A DNA stretch of 64,000 bases from Acidimicrobiales bacterium (lineage in GTDB: Bacteria > Actinomycetota > Acidimicrobiia > Acidimicrobiales > SHLQ01): positions 1,297,762 through 1,361,761 of the forward strand of contig OZ244202.1 in the NCBI GenBank assembly GCA_965216815.1, in the 5' to 3' direction. The translations under genes were made by a program, and so were the position numbers. The notes below the pieces were generated by a model. The model saw only the letters and a list, made by a program, of their open reading frames with translations. It searched no databases and had not been told where the DNA came from. The first letter of the stretch is position 1, and the number at the start of each line of letters is the position of its first letter. Below, in pieces: positions 21,207 to 30,570 of this stretch.

Positions 21207-22231
21207 GCGTTCTCGCAGAGCTGTCTTACTGGCAGCAGACCTCCATCCGGGTCGTCGCCGGGCTCGCCGCGGTGCTCATCCCCGCGGGCACGCTCGTCTA
21301 CCTGTTCCTGTTCAAGATGATGAGCTTCATGCAGAGCCGACTCGGCCCCATGGAAGCTGGCCCATTCGGCTCGATGCAGCTCTTCGCCGAGGTCGGCAAG
21401 TGGCTCCAGAAGGAAGACATCTTCCCATCGCGCGCCGATCGCTGGGTGTTCGCCGGCGCGCCTTTCGTCGTGTTGATGAGCACGTTCCTTCTCGTGCTCG
21501 TCCTGCCGTTCGGTCCCGACGCGTGGTTCGTCAACCTTCCGACCGGCATCTACTTTGCGCTCGCCGTCGGATCGGTTTCGGTCATCGGCGTGCTGATGGC
21601 GGGCTGGGCGTCGGCCAACAAGTACTCGCTGCTCGGAGGCTTGCGCGCCGCGGGCCAGCTGATCGCATACGAGCTGCCCATGGTGCTCGCCGTTGTCGGC
21701 GTCGTCATCCAGGCAGGCACGCTCAACATGCAAGGCATCGTCCTCGCTCAGGCCGACGGCGAGATCTTCGGATGGGGTGCGATCGGAAACCCCTTCATCC
21801 TCACGCAGTTCATCGGTTTCGCAATATTCCTCATAGCCGTACAGGCCGAATTGACCCAAACGCCCTTCGACATGCCGATCGCCGAGTCAGAGCTCGTCAG
21901 CGGCTACTTGACCGAGTACTCGGGCATGCGGTTCCTGTTGTTCTTCATCGGCGAGTATGCGACCGCCGGTGTGTTCTCGGCGATCGTGGCGGTGTTGTTC
22001 CTCGGCGGCTGGTACATCCCGGGCATCGACATCGACGACAACATCTTCAACGTGATCGGACCGATCGTGATGATGGTCAAGATCGTGCTCGTCAGCTTCG
22101 TCATCTTCTGGTTCCGTTTCACGATGCCGCGCTTCCGTGAGGACCAACTCCAGAAGCTCGCCTGGAAGGTCCTGATCCCGTTGTCGCTCGCGAACATCGC
22201 AGCGACCGCCGTGTTGAAGGTGGCGTTCTAG
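21203..22231 (+). CDS. nuoH: complex-I-like subunit H (second copy)
   Basis: GTGA overlap directly with the nuoD2 stop. AEL.QTPFDMPIAESELVSGY.TEYSGMRF. Confidence 0.9.
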   Translation: MSVLAELSYWQQTSIRVVAGLAAVLIPAGTLVYLFLFKMMSFMQSRLGPMEAGPFGSMQLFAEVGKWLQKEDIFPSRADRWVFAGAPFVVLMSTFLLVLVLPFGPDAWFVNLPTGIYFALAVGSVSVIGVLMAGWASANKYSLLGGLRAAGQLIAYELPMVLAVVGVVIQAGTLNMQGIVLAQADGEIFGWGAIGNPFILTQFIGFAIFLIAVQAELTQTPFDMPIAESELVSGYLTEYSGMRFLLFFIGEYATAGVFSAIVAVLFLGGWYIPGIDIDDNIFNVIGPIVMMVKIVLVSFVIFWFRFTMPRFREDQLQKLAWKVLIPLSLANIAATAVLKVAF

Positions 22232-22768
22232 ATGCCGAAGATCCCCGGAGTCATCAAGGGTCTGGGCGTGACGCTCAAGACGTTCACCGAGACGGTCTTT
22301 CCCGACGGCTTGCGCAAGCCGATCCCGCAACCGTCCAAGGGCGCGGTGACAGTTCAGTACCCGCGCGAGAAGGAAGCGCCGCCCGATCGCGCACGCGGTG
22401 TCATCGCCCTTCACGAAGAGAACTGCACGGCGTGCATGCTGTGCGCGCGCGAATGCCCCGATTGGTGCATCTACATCGAGGGTCACAAGACCAAGGCCCC
22501 GCCGCGGCGCGCGGGTGGCAAGCCCCGTCAGGTCAACGCTCTCGATCGGTTCGACATCGACTACGCCCTGTGCATGTACTGCGGCATCTGCGTCGAGGTC
22601 TGCCCGTTCGAGGCGCTGTTCTGGAGCCCGGAGTACGAGTTCTCCGAGGCGAAGATCGCCGACCTGCTCCACGACAAGGATCGCCTCGGCGAGTGGATGC
22701 ACACCGTGCCCGAGTTCGAACCCTATGAGGCGGGCTCGGAGGCCAAGGTGAAGAAGGTGCCGCGATGA
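22232..22768 (+). CDS. nuoI: complex-I-like subunit I (second copy)
   Basis: [12 protein letters not shown] and [18 protein letters not shown] junction. Confidence 0.9.
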   Translation: MPKIPGVIKGLGVTLKTFTETVFPDGLRKPIPQPSKGAVTVQYPREKEAPPDRARGVIALHEENCTACMLCARECPDWCIYIEGHKTKAPPRRAGGKPRQVNALDRFDIDYALCMYCGICVEVCPFEALFWSPEYEFSEAKIADLLHDKDRLGEWMHTVPEFEPYEAGSEAKVKKVPR

Positions 22769-23310
22769 CTCTCGCAGCCTTCCTCGCTCAGTCCGAAGGC
22801 GGTGACCTCGTCGTCGCGCAGAACATCGCCTTCGGCATCATCGCCGCAACCATGCTGTTCTGCGCCTGGAGGGTGGTGACGACCAGCAATGTCGTTCACG
22901 CCGCCCTCTACCTCGTGATAGTCCTCGCCGGGGTCGCGGCCAACTTCATACTGCTCGGCGCCGAATTCGTCGGCGTCACCCAGGTCCTCGTCTACATCGG
23001 CGCTGTAGTCGTGCTGTTCCTGTTCGGCATCATGTTGACACGCGCGAAGCTGGGCGACGACGAGTCCGTCGACCACGAAAACCGACTCATGGCGGCGCTC
23101 ACCGGCCTGTTGTTGTTCGTCGTCATGGGCTACGCACTCATCGACACCTACGACGACACCCGCGTAGACCTCGAGTCGCCCTCGACGACCGAACAGGTCA
23201 GCGATTCGATATTCGCCGACTACCTGATTCCTTTCGAGGCCGTGTCGGTGTTGCTGCTCGCTGCGCTGATCGGTGCCATCGTGATCGCAAGGAGAGAAGA
23301 TGGTTCTTAA
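22765..23310 (+). CDS. nuoJ: complex-I-like subunit J (second copy)
   Basis: Position and NuoJ-like helices ([19 protein letters not shown]). ATGA overlap. Confidence 0.85.
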   Translation: MTLAAFLAQSEGGDLVVAQNIAFGIIAATMLFCAWRVVTTSNVVHAALYLVIVLAGVAANFILLGAEFVGVTQVLVYIGAVVVLFLFGIMLTRAKLGDDESVDHENRLMAALTGLLLFVVMGYALIDTYDDTRVDLESPSTTEQVSDSIFADYLIPFEAVSVLLLAALIGAIVIARREDGS

Positions 23311-23599
23311 CCAATTCCTCCTGCTGGCAGCCGCTCTGTTCTGCCTCGGCGTCTACGGCGTGCTCGCCCGCCGCAACGGCGTGATGGTGCTGATGTCGAT
23401 CGAGCTGATCCTCAACGCGGTCAACATCAATCTCGTCGCTTTCGCTGCGTTCACCAATTCCATCGCCGGCGAGGTGTTCGCCCTCTTTGTGATCGCCATC
23501 GCAGCAGCCGAGGTTGGCGTCGGACTGGCGATAGTCCTGTTGATCTACCGCAACCGCAAGAGCATCGACCTCACCGAGGCCGATCTCCTGAAGGGCTGA
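23300..23599 (+). CDS. nuoK: complex-I-like subunit K (second copy)
   Basis: [12 protein letters not shown] and [12 protein letters not shown]. Confidence 0.9.
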   Translation: MVLNQFLLLAAALFCLGVYGVLARRNGVMVLMSIELILNAVNINLVAFAAFTNSIAGEVFALFVIAIAAAEVGVGLAIVLLIYRNRKSIDLTEADLLKG

Positions 23600-23601
23600 G
23601 C

Positions 23602-25899
23602 GTGACGATGATGAACGCCCTTCTTCTCGCTGCCGAGGCCGGTTCTTCGGTTACGACCGCCGGTGGCTTCTTCCTGCGCAACGCCTGGATCATCCCGGTC
23701 CTGCCGTTCGCTTCGTTCGTTCTGATCCTCTTCTTTGGCAAGCGCATGCCCAAAGGTGGCTCTGAAATCGGCGTCGCCGCAGTCGGGTTGGCGTTCGTGC
23801 TCGCGTTGTTGGTCGGAGTTCAGTGGATCGATCACCGGGACAACTACGAGGGGACAGCCCACGCCGCCGAGGCCGACCATGGCGAGGGTGAAGAAGCCGC
23901 CGCCGAGGCCGACCACGGCGAGGGTGAAGAAGCCGCCGCCGAAGGCGGCGAGCATGGAGCCGAAGAGGGCGGCCACGAGGCGGCGCATCCGAGTGTCGCC
24001 GTCGGCAACAACGTCGACTGGCTCCAGAGCGGCGGCGAGGTCTTCTCGGTCGGGTTCCTCGTCGACGGGCTCGCAGCGATGATGCTCTTCGTCGTCACGC
24101 TGATCTCGTTGCTCGTGCACGTCTACTCGACCGACTACGTGTCGGGCGATCGGCGGTACACGCACTTCTTCGCGTTCCTCTCCTTGTTCACCGCCGCCAT
24201 GCTGTTTCTGGTCATCGCCGAGAACACGCTGCAACTCATCGTCGCCTGGGAGCTAGTCGGTGTGTGCTCGTTCGCCCTCATCGGCCACTGGTGGGAGGAA
24301 AAGCCCAACAGTGACGCAGCTCTCAAAGCCTTTCTCACCAACCGCGTCGGCGATATCGGCCTGTTGGTCGGTGTCAGCGTGCTGTTCTTCGCCGCTGGCG
24401 GCACCTTCAACATCGTCGAGATCAACACGCTCGCGAACGAGGGTCTCATTTCGCACACGGCGCTGCTGGTCGCGTCGTTGTGCCTGCTCGCCGCCGTCAT
24501 GTCGAAGTCGGGTCAGTTCGTGCTGCACACCTGGTTGCCCGACGCCATGGCCGGTCCGACCCCGGTGTCGGCGCTAATACACGCAGCGACGATGGTCGTC
24601 GCCGGCGTCTACATGGTCGCCCGTCTCTACGGCGTGTTCTGGGAAGGGTTCTCGATCGGAGGATCGAGCATCAACCCGTTGTCCTTGGTCGGAGCGGTCA
24701 CGCTGTTCTTCGGTGGTCTCCTCGCGTTCGTGCAGCGCGACATCAAGAAAGTCTTGGCGTACTCCACCGTTTCCCAGCTCGGCTACATGGTCATGGCGCT
24801 CGGAGTCGGCGCATGGACCGCCGCGGTGTTCCACCTGTTCACCCACGCCTTCTTCAAGGCGGGCCTGTTCCTCGGTTCGGGCTCGGTATCCCACGCGGTC
24901 CACAGCTTCGACATGAAGTCCGACATGGGCGGTCTGCGCAAGTACATGCCCAAGACCTTCGCCACCTTCATGATCTGTTCTGTCGCCCTCATGGGCCTGC
25001 CGCCGCTGGCCGGTTTCTGGTCCAAAGACGAGATCCTCGCCGGCACCGGTGGATGGGGACTCTTCGGTGGCACCGGCGGCAACGGTTCGTACACGCTCAT
25101 GCTGGTCATGGGCATGGCGGGCGCAGCGCTCACCGCCGCGTACATGACCCGCGCCATCTACCTCACGTTCTTCGGCGAGTTCCGCGGTCATGGTGAGCCT
25201 CACGAGTCCGGTCCTCGCATCACCGTGCCGCTCATGATCCTCAGCTTCTTCGCCATCACAGCGGGCTGGCTCAACCTGCCGAAGGGATTCCAGCTCGTGC
25301 CCGAGAGCTGGACCGAGAGGTTCGGCCATTTCGTCGAACCGGTCGCTGCGTATTTCCCGTCCGAGGAGATCGGATTTGGCCACGCTACGCCTAGCTGGAC
25401 GCTGGCGATCGTGTCGACGCTGATCGCGCTCGGTGGTCTCGCGGTGGCCTACGTGTACTACTTCGTCATGGTCGACCGACGCTCGAAGGCGGTCGACGAG
25501 TCGCTCACCGAGCTGCCAAACGGTCCGACCTCGGTTCCCGGACCCGCCGCGGCCGGCTACACGGTCCTGGCGAACAAGTACTACCTCGATCACCTCTATA
25601 CCGACATCATCGCCGGAGGCACCAAGGGACCGGTCGCCGACGGTGTCAACTGGGTCAACAAGCACGTGCTCGACGGTGTGGTCGACGGGGCGGCAACCTC
25701 AGCGGTCAAGGCCGGCAACTTCGTTTACAACACCGTCGATCAGGAGATCGTCGACGGGGTCGTAAACGCCTCGGGTTCCGCATCCAACCTGGGCGGCGAT
25801 CAGCTCCGCAAAGTGCAGAACGGCCGGGTGCAGCGCTATGCGGCCATCTTGTTCCTGGGCGCTGCGGCGCTCGCCGGTGTGTTCATCGTTCTTTTGTAG
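23602..25899 (+). CDS. nuoL: complex-I-like subunit L (second copy) with His/Glu-rich insert
   Basis: WELVGVCSF.LIGHWW and KSGQF.LHTWLPDAMAGPTPVSALIHAATMV. 765 aa against 665 aa for copy 1. Start could also be ATG 23608 or 23611. Confidence 0.9.
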   Translation: MTMMNALLLAAEAGSSVTTAGGFFLRNAWIIPVLPFASFVLILFFGKRMPKGGSEIGVAAVGLAFVLALLVGVQWIDHRDNYEGTAHAAEADHGEGEEAAAEADHGEGEEAAAEGGEHGAEEGGHEAAHPSVAVGNNVDWLQSGGEVFSVGFLVDGLAAMMLFVVTLISLLVHVYSTDYVSGDRRYTHFFAFLSLFTAAMLFLVIAENTLQLIVAWELVGVCSFALIGHWWEEKPNSDAALKAFLTNRVGDIGLLVGVSVLFFAAGGTFNIVEINTLANEGLISHTALLVASLCLLAAVMSKSGQFVLHTWLPDAMAGPTPVSALIHAATMVVAGVYMVARLYGVFWEGFSIGGSSINPLSLVGAVTLFFGGLLAFVQRDIKKVLAYSTVSQLGYMVMALGVGAWTAAVFHLFTHAFFKAGLFLGSGSVSHAVHSFDMKSDMGGLRKYMPKTFATFMICSVALMGLPPLAGFWSKDEILAGTGGWGLFGGTGGNGSYTLMLVMGMAGAALTAAYMTRAIYLTFFGEFRGHGEPHESGPRITVPLMILSFFAITAGWLNLPKGFQLVPESWTERFGHFVEPVAAYFPSEEIGFGHATPSWTLAIVSTLIALGGLAVAYVYYFVMVDRRSKAVDESLTELPNGPTSVPGPAAAGYTVLANKYYLDHLYTDIIAGGTKGPVADGVNWVNKHVLDGVVDGAATSAVKAGNFVYNTVDQEIVDGVVNASGSASNLGGDQLRKVQNGRVQRYAAILFLGAAALAGVFIVLL

Positions 25900-25914
25900 T
25901 CACGAGGATTCGAC

Positions 25915-27540
25915 ATGGAAACGTTTGACGATTGGTCACTGACACTGGTGACATTCCTGCCGTTGGTCGCGGCGCTGGTCATGATGGCCATCCCCAAGAC
26001 ATCCGAGGAGACGCACAAGCTCCTGGCGCTGGGTACGTCGGTGGCGGTCGCCGTGCTCGGGGTCATCATCCTCGTCCGCTTCGACTTCGACCTCTCCGGT
26101 GAGCTCCAGTTCGTCGCCGACGAGACCTGGATCGAGATCATTAACAGCCGCTACATCGTCGGCCTCGACGGGATCTCGCTGCCGCTGGTGTTGCTGACGA
26201 TGCTCGTGGTGCCGTTGTGCATCGTCTACAGCTGGAATCACTTCCCCGAGCCGCACAATCCGAAGGCGTTCCTGATCCTCATCCTCATTCTCGAGACGGG
26301 GATGATCGGCACGTTCGTCGCCCAGGACCTGATTCTGTTCTTCGTGTTCTTCGAGGTTGTGCTGTTGCCGATGTTCTTCATGATCGCGGTCTGGGGTGGT
26401 CCCGAGCGCAAGTACGCGTCGCTCAAGTTCTTCCTGTTCACGTTGTTCGGCTCGGCGCTGATGATCCTGTCGTTTCTCGCCCTGTTCTTCCTCGCCGAGG
26501 ACGCGGCCGGCGATGCGCTGCGTACGTTCGACATGCGCGAGCTGACCGAGTGGGGCGGAGCGGGTCTGGCGCGCACGACCGGGCTGTTGATCTTCGGAGG
26601 CATGTTCATGGGGTTCGGCATCAAGGTGCCGATGTTCCCGTTCCACACCTGGTTGCCCGACGCTCACACCCAAGCACCCACGGTGGGCTCGGTGATCCTG
26701 GCCGCTGTGCTGCTGAAGCTCGGCACCTACGGGTTCGTTCGGATCGCCATCCCGATATTGCCCGAACCGGCGGTCGAGTGGGCGCCGTGGATCGGCGCGC
26801 TGGCCGTCGTAGGCATCATCTATGGCGCGCTCGGATGCCTCGCACAAACCGACATGAAACGACTCATCGCGTTCTCGTCGGTGGCCCACATGGGCTTCGT
26901 CATGCTCGGCATCGCCACGCTCACCGACTTCGGCATCAATGCTGCGATCTTCGGCATGGTCGCTCACGGTCTCATCACCGGCATGCTGTTCTTCCTGGCG
27001 GGGTCGGTGAAGGAGCGGTACCACACGCTCGAGATCAAGCGGCTCGGCGGTCTGCTCGTGCAGGCGCCGCGGATGGGCTGGATCCTCGGGTTCTGTGCGA
27101 TGGCTTCGCTCGGCCTGCCCGGTCTCGCCGGGTTCTGGGGTGAGTTCCCCGCAATCCTGGCTTCGTACAACCCGGCCAATGGCGTGCCGGTAGAGACCTT
27201 CCGCACCTACATGGTCATAGCTGCGCTCGGCACGGTACTCGCCGCCGGATACCTTCTGTGGCTTCTACAGCGGACCGCGTTCGGGACGCCGTCGGACGAG
27301 TTCGCTGAGGATCCCGCCATCACGGACACGACGCCGACCGAGTGGGTCGCTTGGGCGCCTTTGCTCGCACTCATCGTCGTACTCGGCATCTACCCGAACC
27401 TGCTGTTCAAGACCACCGACGACGCGGTCGTGAATTCCCTCGACGAGTGCCTGCAGGTCGACGAGTCTGACGCAGCTGACCTCGGTTGCGGCGAGGTCTA
27501 CGATTTGGGCACCGTCGAGGTCGCGGCGGAAGGCGGCTGA
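25915..27540 (+). CDS. nuoM: complex-I-like subunit M (second copy)
   Basis: FGIKVPMFPFHTWLPDAHTQAPTVGSVILAAVLLKLGTYG. Confidence 0.9.
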   Translation: METFDDWSLTLVTFLPLVAALVMMAIPKTSEETHKLLALGTSVAVAVLGVIILVRFDFDLSGELQFVADETWIEIINSRYIVGLDGISLPLVLLTMLVVPLCIVYSWNHFPEPHNPKAFLILILILETGMIGTFVAQDLILFFVFFEVVLLPMFFMIAVWGGPERKYASLKFFLFTLFGSALMILSFLALFFLAEDAAGDALRTFDMRELTEWGGAGLARTTGLLIFGGMFMGFGIKVPMFPFHTWLPDAHTQAPTVGSVILAAVLLKLGTYGFVRIAIPILPEPAVEWAPWIGALAVVGIIYGALGCLAQTDMKRLIAFSSVAHMGFVMLGIATLTDFGINAAIFGMVAHGLITGMLFFLAGSVKERYHTLEIKRLGGLLVQAPRMGWILGFCAMASLGLPGLAGFWGEFPAILASYNPANGVPVETFRTYMVIAALGTVLAAGYLLWLLQRTAFGTPSDEFAEDPAITDTTPTEWVAWAPLLALIVVLGIYPNLLFKTTDDAVVNSLDECLQVDESDAADLGCGEVYDLGTVEVAAEGG

Positions 27541-27541
27541 G

Positions 27542-29044
27542 GTGATCGCCCAGGTGCTGGCCCAGGCGTTCGAGTCGCCGAACCTCGACTATCACGCGCT
27601 CGCACCCGAGATCGTGTTGGTCAGCTTTGCCGCGGTGTTGATTCTGCTCGACGTCGTCCTGCTCGAGAAGGCCAGGCCGTTCATTTCCGCGCTGGCGGGA
27701 ATCGGTCTGTTGGCGACAATGGTGCCGATCCTAACTCTCGCCATCGACGGCACCGATCGCGTGCTGTTCGGCGGCGCCTACGTGGTCGACGATTTCGCGC
27801 TCGTCATGAAGGCGCTCTTCGTGCTGAGCGGTTACGTCGTCGTGTTGTTGTCGACCAACTACATCGCCGAGGGCGACTACTGGGAGAACGAGTTCTACGG
27901 CCTGCTACTCGCGTCGATCGGCGGCATGGTCGTCATGGCTTCGTCGCGCGACCTGATCACGATCTTCGTTGCTCTCGAGTTGTTGTCCATCCCCGCCTAC
28001 ATCATGGCGACGTGGCGCAAACGCGACCTGCGCAGCAACGAGGCCGGCCTGAAGTACTACCTGATGGGCGTCTTCGCATCGTCGATCATGCTCTACGGAA
28101 TGTCGCTGCTCTACGGCGCGAGCGGTTCGACACTTCTGACAGGGATCAATGAGGCGGTGAGCAATGCCGCCGACAGTCCGACCACGGTCACGTTGGCGGT
28201 GATCTTCGTCATCGTCGGGTTCGCCTTCAAGGTCTCCGCGGTTCCATTCCACTACTGGGCGCCCGACACCTACGAGGGAGCTCCGACCCCGGTCACGGCA
28301 TATCTCGCTGTCGCGTCGAAAGCTGCGGGATTCGTCGCTCTGCTCCAGCTCGTGTTCGTCGGCTTCTACGGTCGCGACGACGTCTATGAGCCGGTCATCT
28401 GGATCCTTGCAGCGGCATCGATGACGATCGGCAACCTGTTGGCGCTGCGCCAGGACAACATCGTGCGCATGATGGCCTACTCGGGCGTCGCCCAGGCCGG
28501 CTTCATGATCGCCCCTCTGGCTGTCGCTTCTGAGACCGGCGACAGCGCGGTGACGACCACGGTCACCTACCTCCTGATCTATGCCGCGATGAACCTCGGC
28601 GCGTTCGCCGTGATCATCGCCCTCGCCCGCAAGACCGGCTCGGCGCAGCTCGACTCATACGACGGCGCCTTCCACTACGCCCCGGCGCTGACCGTCGCCA
28701 TGACGATCTTTCTCTTCAGCCTCGCGGGCATCCCACCGCTCGGCGGGTGGTTCGCGAAATTCGCTGTCATGAGCACCCTCATCGACGCGAACAACGCGTC
28801 CGGTGTTGTTCTCGCGATCGTTGTCGCCGTCAACTCGGTCATCGCCCTCTACTACTACGGCAGCGTCGCCCGCCGCATGTGGGTCGAGGACGCGCCCGAC
28901 GGCGACCTTTCGCCCGTGCAGGTCCCCGTTTCGCTCATCGCCGCCCTCGGCATCACCGCTGCCCTGACTCTGTTGTTCGGCGTGTTCCCACAGGCGGTCA
29001 CCGAGATCTCCGAGGTCGGGTTGCTCTCGGCGATGGGTGGGTGA
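27542..29044 (+). CDS. nuoN: complex-I-like subunit N (second copy)
   Basis: FAFKVSAVPFHYWAPDTYEGAPTPVTAY. Confidence 0.9.
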   Translation: MIAQVLAQAFESPNLDYHALAPEIVLVSFAAVLILLDVVLLEKARPFISALAGIGLLATMVPILTLAIDGTDRVLFGGAYVVDDFALVMKALFVLSGYVVVLLSTNYIAEGDYWENEFYGLLLASIGGMVVMASSRDLITIFVALELLSIPAYIMATWRKRDLRSNEAGLKYYLMGVFASSIMLYGMSLLYGASGSTLLTGINEAVSNAADSPTTVTLAVIFVIVGFAFKVSAVPFHYWAPDTYEGAPTPVTAYLAVASKAAGFVALLQLVFVGFYGRDDVYEPVIWILAAASMTIGNLLALRQDNIVRMMAYSGVAQAGFMIAPLAVASETGDSAVTTTVTYLLIYAAMNLGAFAVIIALARKTGSAQLDSYDGAFHYAPALTVAMTIFLFSLAGIPPLGGWFAKFAVMSTLIDANNASGVVLAIVVAVNSVIALYYYGSVARRMWVEDAPDGDLSPVQVPVSLIAALGITAALTLLFGVFPQAVTEISEVGLLSAMGG

Positions 29045-30012
29045 GCGGTCTCTCCTCCCGCCTGATCGAGCGCGTTGAGCAAGAGGGGCCGATTCGCTTC
29101 TCGGACTACATGACCACGGCGCTCTACGACCCGGACGTTGGGTTCTACTCGGTCGATGGTCGGGCCGGTCGACGGGGCGACTTCATCACCAGTCCCGAGG
29201 TGGGACCGCTCTTCGGCGCGCTGATCGGCCGCTGGATCGATGGTCGCTGGGAGGCGGTCGGCAGACCCGATCGCTTCACTGTGGCTGAAGTCGGAGCCGG
29301 GCCCGGCACGCTTGCCCGATCGGTGCTGGAATCGGTCCCGTCGTGTTCGGATGCTCTCAGCTACGTCGCTGTCGAGACGTCGGCCACCCAGCGGAGGCTG
29401 CACCCCGAATCGGTCGTGTCTGTGACAGAACTCCCGGCTGGCGCGATCGACGTCGTCCTCGCGAACGAACTGCTCGACAACCTGCCGTTCGACATCACCG
29501 ACGGATCACAGGACATGCTGGTCGGAGTCGACGGCGACCGCTTCGTGGAAGTCTGGCCGGATGGCGTTCCCGATCGTCGGTATCCACGCCAGGATGCCGC
29601 GCGCCGATTCGTCGAGGTCGCGATGCGTCGGGTCGGCGCGGGAGCCGTGCTGGTCATCGACTACATGCGCTCAGGCCACGCGGCGTTCGACGATGCCGAT
29701 TGGCTCCGGACGTACCGGGGTCACGAACGGGGCGGCGACCCGCTCGTAGACCCTGGGGAGTGGGACGTCACCGCCGACGTGGCGCTCGAACCGCTCATCG
29801 CCGGGTTGCGAACGCCTCGGATATCGACGCAGGCCGAGTTTCTCGCGGACCTGGGCATCGACGAGCTGGTTGCGGAGGGCAGAGCGGCGTGGGAGGCCGG
29901 CGCTGCACGCGGTGATCTAGCTGCGCTGAAGGGTCGTAGCCGCGTGCGCGAGGCCGAGGCGCTGACCGACCCAGCCGGCCTCGGCGGCTTCACCGTGTTG
30001 GAGTGGGGCTGA
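29041..30012 (+). CDS. MidA/NDUFAF7-family (DUF185) SAM-dependent methyltransferase
   Basis: GTGA overlap with the nuoN2 stop. DFITSPEVGPLFGALIGRW, EVGAGPGTLA, VETSATQRRL, ANELLDNLPF and VIDYM match the MidA/NDUFAF7 pattern recalled from memory. Confidence 0.75.
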   Translation: MSGLSSRLIERVEQEGPIRFSDYMTTALYDPDVGFYSVDGRAGRRGDFITSPEVGPLFGALIGRWIDGRWEAVGRPDRFTVAEVGAGPGTLARSVLESVPSCSDALSYVAVETSATQRRLHPESVVSVTELPAGAIDVVLANELLDNLPFDITDGSQDMLVGVDGDRFVEVWPDGVPDRRYPRQDAARRFVEVAMRRVGAGAVLVIDYMRSGHAAFDDADWLRTYRGHERGGDPLVDPGEWDVTADVALEPLIAGLRTPRISTQAEFLADLGIDELVAEGRAAWEAGAARGDLAALKGRSRVREAEALTDPAGLGGFTVLEWG

Positions 30013-30050
30013 GCGGGCCGGGCGAGGTGTCTGGAGGCCGCGAAACCACC

Positions 30051-30220
30051 GGTGTCAGGAGACCGCGCGGATTACCCCTGCGGGTCCAAACGGCATGGTG
30101 TCAGGCACCCGGCGCAGGACGAACTTGGCCCAGGATTGCAGGGCGCCGGGTGCCTGACACCGTTGCATTGGAACCCCGCGAACCGCAGGTCTTGAGCAAT
30201 CCGCTGAGTCTCCTGACACC
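30051..30220. repeat. 170-bp nested imperfect palindrome (MITE-like or structured element)
   Basis: Outer IR ggtgtcaggagac (30051-30063) / gtctcctgacacc (30208-30220). Inner perfect 19-bp IR 30097-30115 / 30143-30161. The arms are homologous, with indels. Confidence 0.7.
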
Positions 30221-30255
30221 TCTGCGTTGGCGAGTGATTCGACCAACTCGCGGCA

Positions 30256-30564
30256 ATGGGTAACACGACCCATGAGAATTCTCGGTGGGTGTGCCAAGAT
30301 GGCCAGGTGGCAGAGCGGAGCACACTCATCGTCGACACCCACAGCGTGTCGACCGGGGCCGAATCGGTAGGACTCCCCGGTGCATGCACGACCGACGTGT
30401 TGCTCGAACGCTACGTCGATCTGATCCGACTCGCCCGAACCGGTTCGCTCTCCGATCCGGTCCAGCTGCGCACGGACGATCTCGACGTGTTGGCACGGGC
30501 GACCGGTATGGCTCCAGACGCTGTCCAGCGCCGCCTCGAGTTCATGCTCGAACCAGCGGTCTGA
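30256..30564 (+). CDS. hypothetical protein
   Basis: The only ORF in this gap with plausible composition. No motif recognised and the start is uncertain. Confidence 0.3.
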   Translation: MGNTTHENSRWVCQDGQVAERSTLIVDTHSVSTGAESVGLPGACTTDVLLERYVDLIRLARTGSLSDPVQLRTDDLDVLARATGMAPDAVQRRLEFMLEPAV

Positions 30565-30570
30565 GACGCC

